Part shown: positions 52,688 through 62,657 of the stretch, piece by piece
How positions within the stretch are numbered: position 1 is the stretch's first letter
Layout of the letters: every line of letters starts with the position of its first letter
Assembly: GCA_900546515.1 (NCBI GenBank)
Contig: URDG01000001.1
Coordinates: 111,049-175,048, forward strand
Origin: an uncultured Eubacteriales bacterium
GTDB lineage: Bacteria > Bacillota > Clostridia > Oscillospirales > Oscillospiraceae
DNA: 64,000 nt
Direction of reading: 5' to 3'
The notes under the pieces: generated by a model
The model's input: the letters and a program-made list of their open reading frames with translations, nothing else
The model's database searches: none
What the model was told of the DNA's origin: nothing
Translations under genes and position numbers: made by a program

Positions 52688-53989
52688 TTATCTAAAAGAG
52701 ATCGCGTCAATCATCAGCTTCACATTTGGCCTTAAATCTCTTATAAACATAGGGAAAACAAGAATAGTAGATATTTGAGTTATAAGTGATGCTGCTGCAG
52801 CACCTGAGGCTCCCCACAATGGAATCATCAGCATATTTAACCCTACATTCAAGACTGCCGCGCCAACATAAAGATATTTCAAATAGTTCTGCTTCCGATA
52901 GCAAACAACCCATGCATTCCTTGCCACTCCAAGGTATGAAAATGCTGTATACCACGTAATGACCCGAAGAGGCGCCGCAGCCGGTAAATAGTCGTTCCCA
53001 TAGAGAATATATACTATAGGTTCAGCAAAGACAGAAAGCAGGCATGAGGCTATGATTGAAACATAAAACACAATAGCGTACAGCTGTTTATTTTTTTTCT
53101 CAAAAATATTCTTGTCACTGTTAAATGACTGTAAAATGTCCGGATATATGGAATCAGTAATCGCCGAAAGGACAAACACCCATGCACTGCATACAGATAC
53201 TGCCGTGGAGTAATAGCCGACCTCTGCCTCATTCAGCAGTTGTTTGAGCATGAACCTGTCCGTGCTGGCATATATAGATACCATCAACCCGGCTAAAATA
53301 AAATGATAGCTGCTGCTGAAAAGCTCTTTCGCTTTTGTGATAGAAAAAATGAACTTCGGTCCATTATTTTTTTTGTATATTATCAGAAGGACGAGCGCAA
53401 TCACAGCATAATCAATAGACGTGGATATTGCAAACCACACTACACTTTTTCCGGTAACAAGGAGCCATACCTTATAGATTGAGACCATCGTACATGAGAT
53501 CATAGCTGCAATTGCAGCATACTTTGACTGGAGCCTCGACTGAAACCAATAGTTCAATGTATCCATTACCTGGAATATGACGCCAATTCCGCACAAAAGC
53601 ACTACTACATGAGTTATAGTCTCGCCCTTGTCCGCAATCAGTGTGATACAAAGTATCATGATAACGGATAAAACGCTGGAAATAGCTCTCAGAACGATTG
53701 CGGAACCAATAGTCTCCCCTTCTTCTTCAGGATGATCCACAAAGTTCTTTACTATAATTGAGTTTATTCCAAGGGTACAGAAAGAAGAAAAAAAAGAAGC
53801 ATACGTTGCCGCATAATTTATCAGGCCATAGTTGCTTGGCCCAAGGTATCTGGCTGTCAAAAGTCCAACAATGAAAGCCAAAACCATATGATAAATTCGC
53901 CCGGCAATCAACCATCCCGCATTCTTCGCTATTTTGTTGGCAAGCAGCTTTCTTATCATAGCCGGTTCCTTCTGGTTAATATTAATCAA
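52688..53989 (-). CDS. wzx: Oligosaccharide flippase (Wzx, MOP superfamily)
   Basis: 433 aa with about 12-14 hydrophobic spans, an N-terminal pattern typical of polysaccharide-biosynthesis flippases, and locus context. Confidence 0.85.
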   Translation of the reverse strand: MININQKEPAMIRKLLANKIAKNAGWLIAGRIYHMVLAFIVGLLTARYLGPSNYGLINYAATYASFFSSFCTLGINSIIVKNFVDHPEEEGETIGSAIVLRAISSVLSVIMILCITLIADKGETITHVVVLLCGIGVIFQVMDTLNYWFQSRLQSKYAAIAAMISCTMVSIYKVWLLVTGKSVVWFAISTSIDYAVIALVLLIIYKKNNGPKFIFSITKAKELFSSSYHFILAGLMVSIYASTDRFMLKQLLNEAEVGYYSTAVSVCSAWVFVLSAITDSIYPDILQSFNSDKNIFEKKNKQLYAIVFYVSIIASCLLSVFAEPIVYILYGNDYLPAAAPLRVITWYTAFSYLGVARNAWVVCYRKQNYLKYLYVGAAVLNVGLNMLMIPLWGASGAAAASLITQISTILVFPMFIRDLRPNVKLMIDAISFR

Positions 53990-54491
53990 GCATACGTATT
54001 ATCTTTGCCGGCACGCCGCCAAGCAGTGAATTATCTGGGGCATCACTAACAACACATGCACAAGCAGCAACAACACAGCCAGCGCCAATTGTTACGTTAT
54101 TGACAATTGTGGCACGAACGCCAATCCACGTTCCTGCACCAACACTTTGATGGCAGCTTATCCCCTCTCCTGCTCTGCGTTTATACCCGCCTATTTTGTG
54201 ACCACCGGTCTGAAATGTAACTTCCGGTGCAACATCACAGTTGTCTCCAATAACAACAGTTCCGTTTCCGTTTATCCTCAGATTTTTGCCTATCCAGCAA
54301 TTGGCCCCGACGCACAGACTTCCCTGAACATAGACCGGACCAACAACTTTGCTTCCCTCTCCTATTGAAAAACTATCAATTGAATTAAGCAGTTTTCTTT
54401 TTAGTTCGAAGAAGCACGGTCTTGTCCCTGAAAACAAATGATTTACAAGAAAAATCGATATCTTTCTCCAAATTTTCTTAAAAACAACCAT
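53982..54491 (-). CDS. Hexapeptide-repeat (LbH) O-acetyltransferase
   Basis: Left-handed beta-helix hexapeptide repeats run through IGKNLRINGNGTVVIGDNCDVAPEV...GAGTWIGVRATIVNNVTIGAGCVV. Confidence 0.85.
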   Translation of the reverse strand: MVVFKKIWRKISIFLVNHLFSGTRPCFFELKRKLLNSIDSFSIGEGSKVVGPVYVQGSLCVGANCWIGKNLRINGNGTVVIGDNCDVAPEVTFQTGGHKIGGYKRRAGEGISCHQSVGAGTWIGVRATIVNNVTIGAGCVVAACACVVSDAPDNSLLGGVPAKIIRMLD

Positions 54492-54497
54492 GTTTCT

Positions 54498-55676
54498 CTA
54501 AACCTCATTTTCTCTGAACCACTCATTTTCCAGACGTTCTGCAATACTGCACGGTCCATCTGTATACCTCTCAAATCGCGCTGAGGAGTCCAGGTGCCAT
54601 GACGCAAGCTCTATAAAGCGATCTGCCGCTATTTGCGGGTTCCACAGCTTCTGTACAGATGTATAGGCACTATATCCAAGCTTTCTGCGCACCTCGGTAT
54701 TGTCCAGAAGAAATGCAGTTTTTTCTATGAGTCCTGCGGTATCCCCATTTTCATATATCAATCCATTTACTTTGTTTTCCAACATGAAAGGTACTGAACC
54801 GACGGCATGACTTGCCACTACAGCACAGCCGCTGTTCATCGCTTCGTTCAGGACTGCACCCCACCCTTCATTGAAATCGCTGGTGAAAAGAAAAATGTCC
54901 GCTGCCTCCATATAATGCCGAACCTTCTGCGGCGGCATAGCTCCAAGAAACTCAACATAATTGGACAGGCCGCTTTTTTCCGCCATCTTTTTTAATTCCG
55001 GTTCAAGTTCGCCGCATCCAATAATTTTCAAACTGAAGCTGTATCCTCGCCGCTTTAATTCTTCTGCCGTAAGAATTGCCGTTTCCGGATGCTTCCATTC
55101 AATAAGTCTCCCTGCCCACACGATCATGGGTCTATCATTCAGCGACTTTCTTTGCATGAGCAACTCCGGATCGTATTCAATATTTTCCGGAAAATACCCC
55201 CACTTATAGGCTTTGTCAACAAAGCTGCGCGTCATAGCGTAGTCTCTGGAGGCATAAGCACTGGCGCATAGCAAATAGTCATTTGCATGCCGGCCAAAAC
55301 GCCAATAGTTCTTTACAAATCGAAGCGGCATCTGCCATCTGGATGGATCCCCTCTTTTGTACATGCGTTCACTGTAACGGAACACAAGCTTTCTTTTCCT
55401 GTGGCGTTCATTTAACAAATTATCAGGCGCACTGCCAAAGATCACTGCATCGGCCTCATTTATAAGATAAATCTGTTCTTCTTTTTCTATCTTATTTTTT
55501 GCTGCCGGAAGAACATACGACGGAAGCCCCTTTGTTCCCCAGCCGAGCTCTTTTCTGTCTTCAGGCATCTCCGAAGTCTCAATAAAACAATAATCATTAC
55601 CCAATAGAGTATAAAACGATTCTGACAGAAAATGCTGATGATGATTAAAGAAATTTGATATAAAAACAATCTTCAT
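54498..55676 (-). CDS. Glycosyltransferase, GT-B fold (family 4-like)
   Basis: The C-terminal half (GRLIEWKH...FLFTSDFNEGWGAVLNEAMNSGCAVV) matches the GT4 E-x7-E region. Confidence 0.8.
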   Translation of the reverse strand: MKIVFISNFFNHHQHFLSESFYTLLGNDYCFIETSEMPEDRKELGWGTKGLPSYVLPAAKNKIEKEEQIYLINEADAVIFGSAPDNLLNERHRKRKLVFRYSERMYKRGDPSRWQMPLRFVKNYWRFGRHANDYLLCASAYASRDYAMTRSFVDKAYKWGYFPENIEYDPELLMQRKSLNDRPMIVWAGRLIEWKHPETAILTAEELKRRGYSFSLKIIGCGELEPELKKMAEKSGLSNYVEFLGAMPPQKVRHYMEAADIFLFTSDFNEGWGAVLNEAMNSGCAVVASHAVGSVPFMLENKVNGLIYENGDTAGLIEKTAFLLDNTEVRRKLGYSAYTSVQKLWNPQIAADRFIELASWHLDSSARFERYTDGPCSIAERLENEWFRENEV

Positions 55677-55681
55677 AAAAA

Positions 55682-56857
55682 CTAACTGTCTTTAAGCCGG
55701 CTGTTGGCTATTGCCAAAAATATGCCGGCATGCAAATATATTCCCAGTCCGCCCGAAAATATTGCTGCTTCGCCAATGCCTAACAGAAATGTACAAATAA
55801 ATGCAATAAATGCGATCTGATCATAATTCTCACGATTTTTTATTCGCTGCATAATACTATATATATAATAACAGAACACCGCAAATGCAACCACGCCATA
55901 CGATACCAAAATATCCAAATGACTATTATGCATTTGTGATTCTCCTGTGCCGTCACTTATCTGAAAATATGCGCCGAATAAAGGAGACTGTCGGAAAGCG
56001 TCAAGCGCTGGTTTCCAGATTTTCACGCGAGATGACAACTGTTTTCCTTCACCCACCATAAATGAGAATAATTCGTTTATTCCATCCAAGTCTATAACCA
56101 GCATATAAACAATTACAAATATAAGAGGGAAAAGCACCACTATTATCGACGCGGTTTTCCCCATTCTAAGTTTTGTTACAAAACCGGTCTTTCTTAAAAT
56201 AATTACAGTGAAGAATACCACCAGAGCTAATAAAACATTTCTGGATTCTGTTTCGCTTACGAAAAAAATTTCAACTGCGGCAAACATAAAGCAGCAGATT
56301 TTCCATAGGACCTTCTTTTCATAGCTCCCAACAAGTGCGAAAAACATTATCATACACCCAAGGAACAGAGCCGTAAGGTTAGGATTGCTGAAGCCGAACG
56401 TCAAATATGTTGAAATCCGTCCATTAATCATATACATTCTGGATGTTTGTGTAAAAAAAAGGAACACCAGCAGAGCGCCTATAACCATATATATTATTTT
56501 TAATAATGAAAGCGTTTTTTTGTCTATTTCTATTTTGGACATAACGCAGAAATAAAGCAAGGTCGTACAGAACATCATCCATTTTTTCATATATTGAAAT
56601 GAAAAATCCGCGTTCTCCAGAACCCCGTTTACCAGAATATTCACGAGCGAAAGTGCAGCAACAGACAGCATCAGCAGGTCAAGTCTGTCCATCCTTTCGA
56701 CCGCTGCCATTATCCACAAGAAAAAAGTCACAAAGAAAGTTCCGTAGAACAGCCAGCTGGACATTTTCTGCATGGAAAAGAGTTGGCATATCACTATAGC
56801 CGCGCCCAAAAAATATTCCAGTTTTAGCAGTCCTATCCTTATTTTCTCTGTTCGCAT
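55682..56857 (-). CDS. wzy: O-antigen polymerase/ligase-like membrane protein (Wzy)
   Basis: 391 aa with about 10-11 hydrophobic spans, a large late loop containing SHLDILVSYG (H-containing Wzy_C-like region), and locus context. Confidence 0.75.
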   Translation of the reverse strand: MRTEKIRIGLLKLEYFLGAAIVICQLFSMQKMSSWLFYGTFFVTFFLWIMAAVERMDRLDLLMLSVAALSLVNILVNGVLENADFSFQYMKKWMMFCTTLLYFCVMSKIEIDKKTLSLLKIIYMVIGALLVFLFFTQTSRMYMINGRISTYLTFGFSNPNLTALFLGCMIMFFALVGSYEKKVLWKICCFMFAAVEIFFVSETESRNVLLALVVFFTVIILRKTGFVTKLRMGKTASIIVVLFPLIFVIVYMLVIDLDGINELFSFMVGEGKQLSSRVKIWKPALDAFRQSPLFGAYFQISDGTGESQMHNSHLDILVSYGVVAFAVFCYYIYSIMQRIKNRENYDQIAFIAFICTFLLGIGEAAIFSGGLGIYLHAGIFLAIANSRLKDS

Positions 56858-58071
56858 TGCAAACCCCTATAAATCTGTTCATACTGCAACAGCATACTCT
56901 TTTGCGAGTAAACCTTATGAGCCTTTTCAGAAATCAATTCGGGCGATACTCTTCTTTTCAGTTTAATTAGCTCACGCGCCGCTCGCTCAAGCTCATCCAC
57001 GTCCCCGTATGAGACAAAACTGCTGAACTCTTTCATAGATATCTGTTCCGGTCCGCCCGCACGAAAGCCTGCAACAGGCGTCCCACAGCAAAGGCTTTCG
57101 GCGCAAATCATAGAGAATGTCTCACGTTTACTTGATATAACCGTAATATCTGCCGCAGAATAAAGTTCGGCCAGCAACCGCTGGTCCTGCACTTCGCCAA
57201 GGAAAAAAACATTATCCGGCGCGGACCGGCTTAATTTATATTTTCCGGCAACAATGAAAATAAATTCCGTCATTCTTTCTGCAAGCTTGAGTACGTATTC
57301 ACCACCCTTTATATCATCGGGTGTATCCCTGAACATCGCTGTCGCATGAAACACTATACCATCTTTTTCAGCGCTTGCCAGATACTCGTAAACACGCTTT
57401 TTATTGTTTCTATAATAAAAAACCGAGGTATCTACTGCGTTCAGGATGACCGAATGCATCTTATCTTTTAAAATCGGAGATTGTTTGGCTCTGCACATGA
57501 GCCACGGTGATACAGAAACAACTCGCAGTCTGTCATTAAAGCCGGAAAATGCCCGCTTCATTCTTATAAAGCTGTCATGTGTACGGTCAAAAAAATAGCT
57601 CTTATCGGCATAATACGGGTCTGGGCACATACTGCAGCCGTTCAGCCATCTATTGCACTCAAGCGAATGTCCGCAATTTGCAGTATACATAAACTCAGCA
57701 TGCAAAGTCAAAACAACCGCTATACGGTTGTCATTCAACCATTTAATAAGCCGATATATATTTACAAAGTTTCCGTTTATACACTGAATATGAACAACGT
57801 CAGGCTTTTCTTTTTTTATAATTGAAATGATTTTGATTGTTGATATAAAACAGCCTCCATACGGAATACCACATAATCTTGATATGAAGCTATTAAACTT
57901 TCCGTATAGGTTGCCGCAGACTCTGTACAGGTTTTTATCTTCCTCACTTGCCCCCCGTCCATATATCACAACGGATGAGTATCCATCGCTCATTAATCCA
58001 TGATGTATTGCCTTTGTCAGCTTTCCAGTGCTGCCTACGCCATAGACGTTATTAATTTGAAGAATTTTCAT
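56839..58071 (-). CDS. Glycosyltransferase family 4
   Basis: MKILQINNVYGVGSTGK... at the N-terminus; C-terminal SKRETFSMICAESLCCGTPV E-x7-E region. Confidence 0.8.
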   Translation of the reverse strand: MKILQINNVYGVGSTGKLTKAIHHGLMSDGYSSVVIYGRGASEEDKNLYRVCGNLYGKFNSFISRLCGIPYGGCFISTIKIISIIKKEKPDVVHIQCINGNFVNIYRLIKWLNDNRIAVVLTLHAEFMYTANCGHSLECNRWLNGCSMCPDPYYADKSYFFDRTHDSFIRMKRAFSGFNDRLRVVSVSPWLMCRAKQSPILKDKMHSVILNAVDTSVFYYRNNKKRVYEYLASAEKDGIVFHATAMFRDTPDDIKGGEYVLKLAERMTEFIFIVAGKYKLSRSAPDNVFFLGEVQDQRLLAELYSAADITVISSKRETFSMICAESLCCGTPVAGFRAGGPEQISMKEFSSFVSYGDVDELERAARELIKLKRRVSPELISEKAHKVYSQKSMLLQYEQIYRGLQCEQRK

Positions 58072-58072
58072 C

Positions 58073-59383
58073 TTATATATGCTTATCCGTCGTCACAGCC
58101 TTGCGAAAAATTTCTCTTAGCAGCTTATCATTCTTTTCCTTATTGTGACATTCATTTGCAAGCTTCTGTGCATTTTCAACCAACTGTTCTCGAATCATGG
58201 GATCATGTTCCAGCTTTAGAATAGCACTCGGGAAATCTTCCGCACTTTCCAATATAAACGCAGAACTATTTCTCTTCAAATATTCAATTGATGATATGTC
58301 CTTTGGACCATAGGCAAGTAAGCACGCCCCACTGCAAAGGCTCTCGCCAATCTTAGTGGACAGAGAATATCTGGTACGTGCTTTTGCTGTTTCATCAAAA
58401 GCTTCCACGTGCAAAAGATATTTAGCACGTCCTATGATCTCCGGCACCTTTGCCCCAGATATTCCGCCATGAAATCTGATTCCATTCTCCTCGGTAAGCT
58501 GAGCAAGAGTGCTCTCTTTTTTGTCATTTGAATATACATCGATATATTCGAATCCGCTGATACTCGCAGCATTAAGAGCGCGCCCAAGCTCCACCAGCGG
58601 CTTAACGCGATTAACGCCAAGTCCTCCTGCATACACAATTCCGCTTCTTTCATGTGATGGCAAAGAATAAGGATTTTTTTTTGCTGCAATTCTGATTGTG
58701 TGAATCGGTTGAGTAAATATCTTTCTGTAATCCTCAGCCATCTTATCGCTTATAACGACAATCTCCTTAGTGTTGCTGCTGACTGCGCTTACACACTTCA
58801 TCAGTTTTTTATAGTATATCGCCTCAAACGGGTTCTTTTTACGCCAACGGCCAAGATAGTAATCGTCACAGCAATATAGCACAATTGGAATATTAAAGCT
58901 GTCAGAAATATGTTTAGCTATCTTATATGAAAACGTATAGTCTCCTGATGCAAAAAAAATAACGTCGGGATTTTGCTCTTTTATCCAGCTCCTAAGTTGT
59001 GCGCTGTCCCATTTACCCACTGCCCACAACAATTCTCTCATCAGATAAATAAATGGTGTGCGTTTTCTGGCAAGTTGATATACTTTTGCCAAGAAACCAC
59101 TGTCTACTCTCGACCGTGGAGCATCGGTCTTTATATCATCACTTGTAAATATGCGATAACTCGTTTTTCCCGTGTATATAGAACGCAAAACATCAACGTC
59201 GGTAACACGAAAATAATTTTCGCACATACTTACCGTGGGGATTTCAGTGTGAAAATACAGCTGAGACAAATTTCCGGGTGATATGAGGGAGAGCATGCTT
59301 GCAAGAGTTTTCCCCATAGCGTTCTCCCTTCCGAACACATTATGACTTATAACAAGAACTTTTATGTCAGTTTTAGCCTCCAT
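58073..59383 (-). CDS. Glycosyltransferase, GT-B fold
   Basis: N-terminal VLVISHNVF... and C-terminal LSTKIGESLCSGACLL region, plus position in the locus. Confidence 0.7.
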   Translation of the reverse strand: MEAKTDIKVLVISHNVFGRENAMGKTLASMLSLISPGNLSQLYFHTEIPTVSMCENYFRVTDVDVLRSIYTGKTSYRIFTSDDIKTDAPRSRVDSGFLAKVYQLARKRTPFIYLMRELLWAVGKWDSAQLRSWIKEQNPDVIFFASGDYTFSYKIAKHISDSFNIPIVLYCCDDYYLGRWRKKNPFEAIYYKKLMKCVSAVSSNTKEIVVISDKMAEDYRKIFTQPIHTIRIAAKKNPYSLPSHERSGIVYAGGLGVNRVKPLVELGRALNAASISGFEYIDVYSNDKKESTLAQLTEENGIRFHGGISGAKVPEIIGRAKYLLHVEAFDETAKARTRYSLSTKIGESLCSGACLLAYGPKDISSIEYLKRNSSAFILESAEDFPSAILKLEHDPMIREQLVENAQKLANECHNKEKNDKLLREIFRKAVTTDKHI

Positions 59384-59389
59384 ATTTGC

Positions 59390-60406
59390 TCAATGTATCC
59401 CCTCATAGATCGATTCAAAAAGATGCTTGTTATTTACCTCATAATCCGGCTGCGCATATGCATTTCCATCACTTGAGCTGGTATACGCTCCATCGAGCGG
59501 GATCCTGTCAGATATGGTTTTATAGTTCAATAATTCGTCTGATTTATCCAAAAGCGCAAAAAGCTCGCTCGCACTCAGGTCGGTATCAACTTCCTTAAAA
59601 AATGCATTCGCAAAATCGATCAATTCCGAATGGCTCATCTTTTTCAGCTTATCCATTATCTGTCCGACGACATACCTTGCGCGTATGGTGCGTCCGACAT
59701 CATCACGCGTACTTGACGGTCTTATACGCAGATATGCCGCTGTCTGGACACCGTTCATCATATGAACCCCTGTGTCTTCGACATCTATAATATTAGAGCC
59801 GGCCTCCGCCCCAACGAGCTTATTTATATTGTTTATCTTAGGTATCATCGCCCATATCTCATCGCGGGACAGTTCTGCCTCAATACCTCCAAGCGAGTCT
59901 ATAATATCTACTATATCCAAATAATTAACAAGGACATAACTTGTTACCGGTATTTCAAAGTTTAGCTCAAACACCTCTCGGAGAAGAGGGACTCCACCTT
60001 TGTGATATGTAGTTGTAAGCTTTGTATCGTAAGCATTCGGAACCCTGACTCTTGTATCGCGCAGGAAAGAAGTAAGTATAATTTCCTCCGTCTTGTTGTT
60101 TACAGTCAGGAGCATAACTCCGTCGGCGTTGCCAAGATCGTTCATCCCGGCCAGATAATCATTATCCACGCCTATCAGTAAAATATTGATTACTTCATCA
60201 AGTGTTTCAGCGCTTCCGGTCTTTTCTCTGACGATTTCCCGCACTTGCCGGCTCACGTTTGAAGTCGGCTCTGCATGCTGAGCCGTCCCCGCCTCTTCAG
60301 GGATATCCTCGGCAAGTTTTTTCTCCGCAGTCAGAATGAAAAATACAACAGCCGCTATCAAAATTATGCAGACCGCGATCAGTATGGATTTAGTAGATTT
60401 CTTCAT
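59390..60406 (-). CDS. cpsA: LytR-CpsA-Psr (LCP) family polymer-to-wall ligase
   Basis: N-terminal TM anchor, then INILLIGVDN...ADGVMLLTVN...SFLRDTRV, the LCP core. Confidence 0.88.
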   Translation of the reverse strand: MKKSTKSILIAVCIILIAAVVFFILTAEKKLAEDIPEEAGTAQHAEPTSNVSRQVREIVREKTGSAETLDEVINILLIGVDNDYLAGMNDLGNADGVMLLTVNNKTEEIILTSFLRDTRVRVPNAYDTKLTTTYHKGGVPLLREVFELNFEIPVTSYVLVNYLDIVDIIDSLGGIEAELSRDEIWAMIPKINNINKLVGAEAGSNIIDVEDTGVHMMNGVQTAAYLRIRPSSTRDDVGRTIRARYVVGQIMDKLKKMSHSELIDFANAFFKEVDTDLSASELFALLDKSDELLNYKTISDRIPLDGAYTSSSDGNAYAQPDYEVNNKHLFESIYEGIH

Positions 60407-61113
60407 AGTCTGTCACCTACAAAGGAGTAAACCCTTTTATTAAATCTGGCAAAATCAGCACTTCTGCCTGCGCGAAATATGGATTCTGCCGCCGCGCCGA
60501 GATTAGGCGCTCTTGACGTTGTATTATGGCAGTCGGAACCAATAAAGTGTATTTTACCCTTATTCATAAGCTCAATTGAATAATCAGCAGTATCATTATG
60601 AATAAAGAAGCTGGCGTTTACCTGCACGAGGAGCCTGCGATCTTTTACCCGGTCTACAAGCTTCCTGTCAGAAAGCATGCGCATATATCTATCTATATGC
60701 GCAATAACAGGTATGCAGCCAAAGTTCCGTCCGGTCTCCTCAATTTCGTCGAGCATAGAATCTGACCACTGCATCATCGGCGGCTCTATCAGAATGCATT
60801 TAAGATCGCCCATAAAGAGCTTTTTGACCTCGACAGCGCCGCTTATTCCCGGGAAATAGAGCACCTCTGCTCCAAGTCTGATTTCCGGGTATTTCCCTGT
60901 GGAAGCATCGATCGCCTCATGCAACTGCCGGTACGCTTCATTGCGCCGCTCAATGAACGATGCCGGGTCTTCCTGATCTGCATAGAAATGCGGCGTAGCA
61001 AATATTATATCAACGCCCTGTTTCCAGCTTTCCGACAGCATCTCAAGACTCTGTTCAACGCTCTGCGATCCGTCGTCAATTCCGGGCAAAATGTGAGAAT
61101 GAAAATCAACCAT
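60403..61113 (-). CDS. cpsB: PHP-family tyrosine-protein phosphatase CpsB
   Basis: MVDFHSHILPGIDDGS..., ATPHF, AHIDRY and GSDCHN metal-ligand motifs. Confidence 0.9.
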   Translation of the reverse strand: MVDFHSHILPGIDDGSQSVEQSLEMLSESWKQGVDIIFATPHFYADQEDPASFIERRNEAYRQLHEAIDASTGKYPEIRLGAEVLYFPGISGAVEVKKLFMGDLKCILIEPPMMQWSDSMLDEIEETGRNFGCIPVIAHIDRYMRMLSDRKLVDRVKDRRLLVQVNASFFIHNDTADYSIELMNKGKIHFIGSDCHNTTSRAPNLGAAAESIFRAGRSADFARFNKRVYSFVGDRL

Positions 61114-61118
61114 ATTGA

Positions 61119-61859
61119 TCAGCGATAATAATAGTAGTTATTGTACTGATATTTCTTGCCTGCGCCCTCAAGTGTGCCATTCATTACAAACCCCAGTATT
61201 TTTGCGTTTGCATATCTCAGCTGATCAACACACTCTCTGAAAACATTCTGCGGGCAGCTATTCTCACGCAGAACCACAATCATACCATCCGTATACCTTG
61301 AAACGGCAACAGCGTCGGTCACCGCTCCAACGGGCGGCAGATCAATTATGATATAATCGTAGCTTGTGGCCAAAGCCTTGATAAGCTTTTCCGCTCGAAG
61401 TGAATTCAGCAATTCAGAAGGATTTGGCGGAATATCTCCGCCCGGAATAATGCTGAGACTGACCGTTCCATCCGAACTTGTATACTTCCTCATACCAACA
61501 GAGACTGAATTTATGTCCAGCAGCAGATTACTAAGTCCCGGGCTTTGTACAACACCCGTTTTAATATGCAGTGAAGGCCTGCGCAAATCAGCATCAATAA
61601 GAAGAACTTTTTTATCCAATTCGGCAATAGAATATGCCAGATTAAGCGCGACCGTACTTTTCCCCTCACTGGGCTGCGCGCTTGTTATTCCAATGACGTG
61701 GCAGCTCTTGTCATGCTGAAAAGATATAAGAACGTTTGTGCGAAGGCGCTTGAATGCCTCTTTTGCGGCAAAGCTCAGACTCTCGCACTGTGGAACTGCC
61801 TTGCTGTTTTCCGAAGTCCCATAGATTTTGTTTTCTCTGTCAGTTCTTTTCTCGCTCAT
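61119..61859 (-). CDS. cpsD: Tyrosine-protein kinase (BY-kinase catalytic subunit) CpsD
   Basis: Walker A SAQPSEGKST, Walker A' LLIDADLRRP, Walker B IIIDLPP and a C-terminal Tyr cluster YQYNNYYYYR. Confidence 0.9.
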   Translation of the reverse strand: MSEKRTDRENKIYGTSENSKAVPQCESLSFAAKEAFKRLRTNVLISFQHDKSCHVIGITSAQPSEGKSTVALNLAYSIAELDKKVLLIDADLRRPSLHIKTGVVQSPGLSNLLLDINSVSVGMRKYTSSDGTVSLSIIPGGDIPPNPSELLNSLRAEKLIKALATSYDYIIIDLPPVGAVTDAVAVSRYTDGMIVVLRENSCPQNVFRECVDQLRYANAKILGFVMNGTLEGAGKKYQYNNYYYYR

Positions 61860-62629
61860 TGTTTGCCGCCCCCTTCGCCGTAATACGAGGAATAGTAGTA
61901 CCCTTTCTTGCCGGAAATCCGCATATCAGGTATAAGTGCAAGAACAGGAATATCCGGGTACATATCTTTCAGATCATCCACCGACCTGATATCAACATTT
62001 CTCTTCTCTGATGTAACAAACACAGCAAGAACAACTGCCGAGCACAGTATGCCGCCTATCAATGCTCCGATCAAAGTATTTTTTATGTAGCTGGGTGAGG
62101 ATCTATGTGCCGGGATAATTGCATAATCCACGATACGCACCGAGCTGCCGTCAACTATTTCCGCTATGCGGTCGGGAAGTATCTTTGCAATCGTATTCGC
62201 AACAAGCTCCGCCTCGACCGGATTTTCACTCTCAACGGTAACATCAAATGCCGCAGTATCTGATACTGCCCGTGCGTCTATCATTTTCTCAAGGTCTTCA
62301 TATGTATAACTGAGCCCTGCTTCCGATATGACCTCTTCAAGCGTGGTGCGCGATTCAAGAATGTATATATATGTGCTGACGAGCGTATTTGACGCAGACA
62401 GTTCCGAAGACGTTATTGAGAAGCTTGTAGCGCCGAAAGAAAAGGAACTGTTGTTAACATACATTGAAGTTGTTGCCTTGTACTTGGGACTGATAAAAAA
62501 GAATGTTCCCGCGAAAGATGCTGCCCCGAAAATAGACGCAGCAAGAATTATTATAAGCGCTTTTTGCCAAAGAATGTTTACGACCTGAAACAAATCAAGC
62601 TCTATTTCCTTTTTTTGACTTGCCGCCAT
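61856..62629 (-). CDS. cpsC: Chain-length determinant / BY-kinase transmembrane activator CpsC (Wzz family)
   Basis: Two TM spans flank an extracellular domain. The N-terminal ELDLFQVVNILWQK pattern is present. It overlaps the cpsD start. Confidence 0.85.
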   Translation of the reverse strand: MAASQKKEIELDLFQVVNILWQKALIIILAASIFGAASFAGTFFFISPKYKATTSMYVNNSSFSFGATSFSITSSELSASNTLVSTYIYILESRTTLEEVISEAGLSYTYEDLEKMIDARAVSDTAAFDVTVESENPVEAELVANTIAKILPDRIAEIVDGSSVRIVDYAIIPAHRSSPSYIKNTLIGALIGGILCSAVVLAVFVTSEKRNVDIRSVDDLKDMYPDIPVLALIPDMRISGKKGYYYSSYYGEGGGKQ

Positions 62630-62657
62630 ACATGCCCTCCGAAAATATTAATAAAAC

